Made by a program: the position numbers and the translations under genes | Shown: positions 54,137 to 64,000 of the stretch, in pieces | Layout: each line of letters begins with the position of its first letter | Numbering within the stretch: the first letter of the stretch is position 1 | Assembly: GCF_009914755.1 (NCBI RefSeq) | Contig: NC_060947.1 | Strand: one strand, 5' to 3' | Length of the DNA stretch: 64,000 nt | Source of the DNA: the human T2T-CHM13v2.0 reference genome, Homo sapiens | The notes under the pieces: generated by a model | Told to the model about the DNA's origin: nothing | What the model saw: the letters and a program-made list of their open reading frames with translations, nothing else | The model's database searches: none

Positions 54137-57100
54137 AAGAACATCATATTTTGAGAATAATATTAAGTGTGTATGTCTGTGTGTGTATAAGATGTTTAAG
54201 GAGTAAAAGTTTCAATAACAAAATGCTAAATACTACAACATAGTGTTCTCAGGGAGAATGCCTCATGGTAGCTAGAATAGTAATATAGTTATTAAACTAT
54301 CTAAGTAAGTAAAAAAGTTAACCTTAAGCTGTACCTTAAAGTTTGTAAGATATTTGACTAAGGGAAGAAGTTCCAACAGGGAACGACATGCAAATGGCTG
54401 AAGATGATGGTTCCAGATGAGTCAAATGTTACAATAAAAATGTGGAGAACAATAATGATGGCAAATAAAAAGCTGAATACTTGACAGGATGTAGGATTGA
54501 AGAGGAGAAAGAGAGCTGAGCAAGTGAAGGTTGTTTGGGTTTGGAGAGTTCAAAGAACCTAGGAAGTCCTGGCTTGATCCTGTAAGTAACTAGCAACCAC
54601 TCAAAGCATGTGATGAAGAGGGAAGGGTTGAGATGTAGTTGTCTTTCTTCTCATTGTCTGTGCCATAGGGAATGGATGGTAGAGAGGACATAATGAGTTT
54701 TAAATTATCTAGGCCTCATGGTCTCTTTCAGATGAGTACAAATGAATAGGAAAGAAGTAACATTTCTTTGTGTTTCCCTTCTCATCATGAGCCCAGGGCA
54801 TAAGCAAGGCTGTGGAAAAGCTTGATGTCTAGAAAAATGTAGGTAAGTAGAAGCAATGGGCACCGGCCCTCAGTCTCTACTTCTTTGGATACCTTTACCT
54901 TGTAAGTTCCCACAATCTACAACTCTCTATGGGCATAGACTTCTTCAGAGAATGATTTGAAAACCAAAACCAAAACCAAAACTCTTATTATTTGGAAAGA
55001 AGCATGGGGAGATTGTCTTTGGCCCAAATAAATACCTCAATTTTATTTTTGTCTGATGAATGAAATGTGTTAAGGTAGTTGCACAGAGTAAAGTGACAGT
55101 GTTAAAATCATGACATTTTCCCCTCCATAAGTCCAGTCTTATGAGTAATGGGAGACTCACTAAATGGCAAACACATCCCTTTGCTGGAGAAAAGAAAGAG
55201 TGTCACATATTCTGAACAGGAGAACAAGTTATAGAGCAAAATATGCCACAGTGAGGGTGGGTGACATTGTGAACCTAGAAAATAAGTTACCCAAATGGGT
55301 TTTCTACCCTAGAGAGATGTGACTGCATTTCTTTCTATCATGCTTACTCTCAGATTTTCACTCGTGTTTCCAATGCACTTGGCAAACTGAGGTCCTAAGT
55401 CAGACCTAAGATGGTCTATTAATAAACTGCTTTCAGGATAGATAGCATAACCCACCTGCATACTACACTGTTTGCATATACATCTGACTGATGGGAGCCA
55501 ATCAAAACACAGGACATCTGTGCTTTTGCTGTAGTGCAAGAGAAAAATATCACTGTTTCCTACGGGAAGACATTAAAGATTAACGTGTCACCAAGTCAAG
55601 CTCTGAGTAAAGTTAACTCCAGGGAAAGAGCTTTCTAGGGCTGTGCAGACACTACTTTCTAAATATCTCTGAGGTCACAGAGGTCGTCTAATTCCAATTC
55701 CAATGATGTCTAGTGACAGAAGTTTCTCAGCACTCAGGCAATTTAGGGAACAATCAGCCAGACAATATGGGGGTGCTCATGACGAGACGCCTGCAGCTGA
55801 GGTAACACCCAGCTGTGATTGTATTTCCCTCTGTTTGGATAACACAATTCGTTCCTATTGCATTCACTGAAATAGACTGCCAAAGAAATGGCCAGTTTGA
55901 AGGAACACACACTAAAATAAATAAATAAGCATTCCAGAATTAATATTGAGAACAGTGCAACAGCAAGAACATATTTCCAAATAGGCAGAATAAAACAGCA
56001 GTAAGTCGAGAAGAGATTTGATCTTGCTAGGTTGTGGCATCATCTCACATGAACACACAGAACTGTGGGTACAAGGGTGGGGACGAAACTTCCATTGCAA
56101 AATTATAAATTTCTGAGTAATGTCAAATGTTAAGCACCATACACTCCCCAAGGCAGCCACCAATCTTTCAGTAGCTTCCATTATTTCTGATTTTCCCCCT
56201 CTTTTAAGTTTCTACTTGCACAAGATAAAAATAAGCCAGACTGGTTTAATGTTTAAATCTTAATATTATTACATATAATATATATTCCCCTCAGGAAATG
56301 GGTTTGGTTGATAAATGAAGAGCTTTGCTCATTTTTCCTCTTAATGTGGATGTGATTACAGAAAATGCAGGATGAACTTATTGTCATATTTTTGACAGTG
56401 ATATTAATGATAATTATACAGCTGATTTTTGTAACAGGGTTTCCTTTTTTTTAACATGCCATTTCTGGCACGTCAGAGGTTATGGTAAGGTGGATGCTGT
56501 GTGGAATTTAGGCAGATAAAGGGATGAAAAATTCAGGTTTTGAAATGATGTTTTAACTCAAGAATTTCATTTACTTATAAAGCATAACCAATGGCATTAA
56601 TGTAGGAGAGTCCTTTACCAAAACCTGGCTACCTATATCTTATCTTTAATATTAGGAAAATGATGGAGGAGCCTGAACTTAGGACACCCATCTTTCCTTC
56701 TTTGTGTGATTCCCTTAAAATACTCCCATTATTCATGTTTCAGCCATGAGACATAACTTTCAAGTGTTCCACATATGGCAACAATGTCACGCTTTTCCAA
56801 CATGGAAAGCCTTCTTCCTTGATTTTTCATAGGAAAAAAATCTGGTAGAGAAAATATAAAACGTGAAAAACATGTAGAAATATTGACAGCCTTTCTGCTG
56901 CCACTCATATTTTTTCACACATCCTCAGCTAACCCCGCATTTCAATTTATCTGTCAGAAAGTTATCACGTTTTTATGTAAACTGATAGATAGAAAATAAG
57001 CTTAGAATTTTACCGAGCTGAATTTGAAAATCTAGAATTTACATTTATGAATTGATATAATCTACCCACAAAGGAGCTGGTTAACAGGTTCATCAAAAAC

Positions 57101-58299
57101 AAAGTAATAACATGAAAAGGGAACTGTAGTGTGGTTTATTTCTTACTCTTTTGAAGTATGACTAAAATATGACTCACAGCCTCCTACCCTACATTCTGTA
57201 GAGCTGTTAACTCTTGGAGTTAAGATTCAATAAGAATCTGAGGGAGAAGGGAAGCCGGTAGAAATGTGACAGGTACAGGGTCATTTATTCTCTTATGGCA
57301 TACTTTATTCTTTACAGGACAGTTACAGATCACAGCTGTTTCATTTGCACCCTTGTTATTAAGGTGATAGGGGCAGACAGTAGGCCTTCAGAAGGAAAGC
57401 TTCTATCAAAGGGATCTCAGACAAGTTTCAGTTTATTTGATTCTAACCTAGATTCATTCTTTTCTATGAATAACACCTAAACAATTTTGCCCAATGACAT
57501 TTTAAAAACAATAAAACCATGTTTTAAAAGCAACACTGATGTGAATTTGGTCACTGAATATAGCAGCTTCCTACTTCAAAAAAAAAAGATTCCTCTTATT
57601 ATTTTCCTTATTTAATGCTTGAGTTGGTGCTTTCAGTCTCCGTCTAGTACTCCAGTGAGGGTGCACTAGGGCTGAAGACTCTGGTTGGTAATCCAAGACT
57701 TCATGCTTCAGCTGCTGAGGTTACCAAAAGGAGCATATAGGGATCAAAGAAACGTATTCATGCTTATTAGATGGAAAGGAACAGCTGATTCCCAGAGCCA
57801 TAGCTGGGCCACCTCAAGCTGGAGTAATTCATCTAAAAAAAGACATGGTTTGTCAGCCAGGATAAGGGTAATTGTAAAGATAAAAGGGATGCTCATGAGC
57901 AAGCAGGGAGGGTATCTACAAAGAACTAGGGGGAACCCAAAAGATAGATGGGAAACAGAAGGGGCTATATAGCTCCACGATGAACAAGTGAGCTATTCCC
58001 CACTGTGTCGGGGGGAAATAATGCTGGAGTGAAAAATTCCCCACAACAAAATACAGTGCTGAAAAGAGGATTTCAGTCATTTATTCTGCTCCTGCGTCTC
58101 TTCTTCTTTTTTTTTAAATTTAAAAACAATCATGAAACTATAGTTTCTCTGTCTTTTTTTCTGCCCTTTGTTGGGGGGTGGGTGAGGGGTTATTGGCTTT
58201 ATTTTCCCCAATAAGAAAGCAAAAACTAGTGAATAGGAATTTGAAAAGCATTTGCCCAGATAGCTTGGAATACTTTACCCACACACATATATTTTTACA

Positions 58300-59770
<1,471 letters not shown>

Positions 59771-59789
59771 AAACATATAAAAGTCTAGC

Positions 59790-60758
59790 ACATGCATTAT
59801 TTATAGTATATAATACTTGCTAATGATAATAAATGACTATGTTGTTAGTTAACATATTTACTGCACTATATATTGTATCTTTATTTTACAATATACTCCT
59901 TCTACTTATAAAAATAGGTTAACTATAAAATAGCCTCAGGCAGGTCATTTAGGAGCTATTTTAGAAAAAGGCATCGTTATCACAGGAGATAACAGCTCCA
60001 TGTGTGTCATTGCCCCTGAAGACCTCTCGGTGAGACAAGATGTGGAGGTGAAAGACAGTGACACTGATGATCCTGACCCTGTGTACACCTAGGCTAATGT
60101 GTGTGTTCTTGTCTTACTTTTTAGTAATACAGTTTAAGAAGTAAAAAAAAAAAATTAAATAGAAGAAAGCTTATAAAGTACAGAGAAAGTATTTCTGTAC
60201 AACAGCTGTAAAATGTTTTTGCGTTTTAATCTAATTGTTATTATAAAAAGTCAAATAGTTAAAAAATAAAAAAGTTTATAAACTTTTATTTAAAAAATTT
60301 AATTTAGAAAATTACAGTAAGCTAGTGTTATTATCAAAGAAAAATATTTTCTATAAATTTAGTGTAGCCTAAGTGTACAACTATTTATAAAGTCTACAGT
60401 AGAGCACAGTAATGTCTTAGGCCTTCATATCCACTCACTACTCACTCACTGACTCACCCAGAGCAACATCCAGTCCTGCAACCTCCATTCATAGTAAGTA
60501 TACTACACATGCCTACCGTTTTTTATCTGTTATATCATATTTTTACTGTACCTTTCTATGTTTAGATACACAAATCCTTGCCATTGTGTTGCAGTTGTCT
60601 GTAATATTCAGTACAGTAATATCCTGGACAGGTTTGTAGCCTAGGAGCAATAAGCTATATCATATAGCCTAGGTCTGTAGTAGGCTAAACCATCTAGGTT
60701 TGTGTAAGTACAATCTATGACATTTGCACAACAAAAATGTCTAATAAAACATTTCTCA
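59790..60758 (+). mobile_element. Tigger3/MER7-type DNA transposon
   Basis: GCCTCAGGCAGGTC..ACAGCTCCATG..TTGCCCCTGAAGACC..AGGTTTGTAGCCTAGGAGCAATA..CCATCTAGGTTTGTGTAAGTAC. Confidence 0.85.
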
Positions 60759-61699
60759 CATATGCAAAAGATTATTATAAATTTGCTAAGGATACATTAG
60801 AAAAATATCCTGTTATTTAGGTATTTACATGGGCTTTCCTGTATCTCTTTTTATATTCTGATAAGTAAGGGTTGAAATGAGGCAGCAAAACCACATCTTT
60901 GCAATAGAGGTAAAGCTAGTTAGGTTTATCTGAACCAAATATCACTATTTTCTGATTTAGGTTCATCAACTTACTTTTTCCCACCTAAAAATTGTATGAC
61001 AGTAGTCATTTCGTGTATTTTTGAAGTTAATACTCACAGTAAGAATTCATCTTTGCAGAGCTGCTTTTTTCAGCCAGCTGACTGACCACAACGCAAGTGA
61101 AGACATTGCATGGTATCTATCTACTAGGCCATTGGTCAGCTTCCATAATTACTAATTGATCAGTAACCAGCAAATTGAAACTATAGGCATTTGGTTCAAC
61201 ATTTTTATTTCACAGTGTCAAATTTTTATAAAAGGAATTATGAATTTAAAACTCTGCAGTGGAAAAACTTATTTTCTTTGCATCTAATATGTGCATATTA
61301 ATTTTAAAAGACAAAATATTGTCAGATTTATGAAATTACCATATAACCCAACTTTCTGCGGAGCAGACAGATGATAGACAATGACAAGCCAGAAGGTAAC
61401 TCTAGGATGACCCTTTCAAAGTGGTAGCTATAATTGAATTTTCACTGATGAACACCTCCAACCTCCAACAGTCTATTGCTATCGCTGAGGAAACACGTTC
61501 ATTCATCTCCTTACTTTCCAGCCTTCTGAATCTAGTCCTTTCCCTTTCCTGTAAATATACATAAACTGTGTTTAGGTGGTCTAGACAGATCCCAGGAAAG
61601 GGCAGAGTAAATGTTCATGAGAATGTAAATTGTGGTTGTTTATTAAGAAATAAAATTCTGTTGAAAAAATTTAAGAAAAGAATGTGGATGTTGTCTAGA

Positions 61700-61829
61700 T
61701 AGGGTGAATATATACCTCATTGTCCAAACTCAGACAATTTTGCAAGTAAAAGGGGGTATGATTAATTACAATTAGATAACAGGTATAAATTGAAAGTGTT
61801 CCATGCAAAATGAAACATCTGTCACCATT
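61700..61829. mobile_element. MER94-like hAT-Blackjack MITE
   Basis: TAGGGTGAATATA..TGTCCAAACTCAGACA...TGTCACCA termini. Confidence 0.6.
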
Positions 61830-62094
61830 TTTAGGACACCTGATAAAATAGAAAACAGTGGCTATTGAGTAGAGATCCTGAGAGGGAGAAACAAAACAGT
61901 CAAGAAAAAAGACAAAAAAAACCTTTTCAACTTTCTGTAAGCTAATTAACCTTATCTAGAAATTCATAATGTGGTATACAGAGTCTCTTAGATAAAAAAT
62001 TTGCATTCAACAAGTTATTTTATTACTTTATTGAGAAGAGGGGAAAAAGATTCTCGTTGTGTGTATTCATGATATCCCTGCCTTATTTGTTATT

Positions 62095-63050
62095 CCACTC
62101 ATTCATTTGATCATTTCAGAAGTATTTATTGAAGTTCTTAACTATGTGCCAGGACTGAGTAAGGTGCTGGCAATGGCAAATTGATTAATTCAAATACAGA
62201 CTCTGTCTTAGTAGAGATTATTCTCTTTAAGGGTTCAAATAAGGGTTGAAAACAATTAATCAGTCAAATAATTTTTGGTAAAGTTTAAAACTAAGGGAGC
62301 ATATAGTAATGGCACCTACTAAGACTTCAATATCTCTGGCAAGGTTTCTCTGACAAAATGACATTTAATCTGAGACCTGGAAGATGAATAAAATTTAGCC
62401 ATATAATATCCTGGAGGGGGCAGAGTATACAGGCAGGAGAATGAGTATGTGCTAAGACCCCAAAGAGACACAGCATGGCAATTCAAGTAACTGCAAAAAA
62501 TTCAGTATAACTAGAGCTTGTTTTTTTTTGAAAAATAGTGAAAGATCAAGCTGGTAAGCAAAGCCAGACCATAAAAAGCTAGGCAAGCCATGTTCAATAA
62601 ATTTGACTTAATCCTAAAGGACTGGGAAGACACTGAAGAATTTTAAGCAATGAAGTGACATCAGATAATTATGTTACAAAAAGGAGTGCTGTTTCGGTTT
62701 GACAGCTGAATGGTGGGGTACAAACAGGAGAATAATTAGGTGATTTTTGAAGTAATCATAGAAGTGATTGTAGTAGGATGCAAAATTTGATTCAGGAGTA
62801 TTTAGGTAATCCCACTGAATTGCACACTTACAAATAGTTATAATTGCAAAGCTTATGTTATATATATTTTACAAAAATAAAAAGAAATATTTAGTAAATC
62901 AGATCTAGAGGACTTGTTGAGATTTTAGTTGTAGGAACTGTGGGGCTTATTGAGAAGGACACACAAATCTAAGGTAGTGAGTTGTTGATGGGGCTATACT
63001 TTGAAATACGGAAAATCAGAGAAGAAGCAAAGTTCAAGATTTGAAAACAG
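62095..63050 (-). mobile_element. Antisense L2 with a short L1M tail inserted at ~62810-62885
   Basis: CATTCATT..TATTTATTGAAG..CTATGTGCCAGG; GGGAAGACACTGAAGAATTTTAAGCA. Confidence 0.7.
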
Positions 63051-63756
63051 TTGAAGACAGCTCTAGTTTGTTGTATGACACTTCTTACTTTAATTTTATT
63101 TATTTCAGTTTAGTTCATAATTGAGGAACTACTTGAATAATTCTCTAAAAACATTTAAAAAGTCAAAGTTGTATTATTCACTTCAACTTAGCTTTCATCA
63201 TGTCGATCACAGTAATAGGCTGCAAATTTTTTGCCATTACAAAGACTATCAATAAGGTCAAATGTATTCATGAATAATGACCTTGAATGTGAGGTAAGCA
63301 ATGAAGGTGAGTGAGACTTCCAAAATAATTCAATTTTCATGGTAGCATAGAGAATGCAACCTCAATAAATTATAAAATATGCCAACGTTGGAAATTAGAT
63401 TATTGTGGCAAGCTGATAATACTCATACACTCCCCCATCCATGTAATATTTTAAAAAATAACAGAAAATGGCAGATATCCATGGAATGTTGGTAAACAAG
63501 AACTGGTAGGATAAGTGGCTCATAAATTTAGAAAAATTTCTAGAAGCTGGGAAAAAAGGAAGAAGTTGATTAATAAAAGAGGAAACATCAAATATGAACT
63601 GAAAATAATTCCAGAGAAATAAAAACAAATACTGAAACCAAAATCAAATTAGAAATAAAATAATGGAGAAGATTCTTCAAGACAGTTATCAGAGTAATTA
63701 AAGAAATGCACTCTGAACAGACGAAGTGTAAAACCTTCTTGTTCCATCCTACACAG

Positions 63757-63938
63757 CAGTTCAGTTCATATTCTGAACCTTGCTTCTCATTATAAATACT
63801 CAGTTTTTAAAAACACTGATGCTCGGGCCTCTCTCCTGGAAATTCTGAGTTAGGTGTTTTGAATTGAAGTATGAGTATTGAAATTTCCTAAAAGTTTCCT
63901 GGTTGGTTCCTATGTGCAGTCAATGTTCACACCACTGC
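63757..63938. mobile_element. MER5-like DNA transposon
   Basis: TTAAAAACACTGATGCTCGGGCC..AATTCTGA..TATGTGCAG..ACCACTG. Confidence 0.6.
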
Positions 63939-64000
63939 ACTAAAAAGAATAAATTACTTTTCTCTTTTCTTGCTTTTAATTTTTTACACACTCATTTGTT

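Overview
AT-rich primate (human-like) non-coding DNA with no recognisable host protein-coding exon. Most of it is interspersed repeat: Alu, L1, L2, MIR, MaLR/ERVL LTRs, and Tigger/MER DNA transposons. The dominant feature is a 7.4-kb HERV-K(HML-8/HERVK11) provirus at 42663-50084 with two ~1.06-kb MER11-type LTRs and a 6-bp TSD (TAAATA). It has three large internal deletions, a duplicated matrix segment and a still-open 490-codon RT frame, and its LTRs diverge unevenly, which suggests gene conversion. The ORF track misses a decayed C2H2 zinc-finger retrocopy on the minus strand (~14.0-15.4 kb) whose end resembles the ZNF304 C-terminus. Also present are an inverted L1PA pair sharing unusual variants, two 5'-inverted L1s (one a candidate 3' transduction), a multi-layer transposon nest, and three local duplications or templated insertions. 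Repeat family names come from recalled consensus sequences, not database searches; boundaries without TSD support are approximate.
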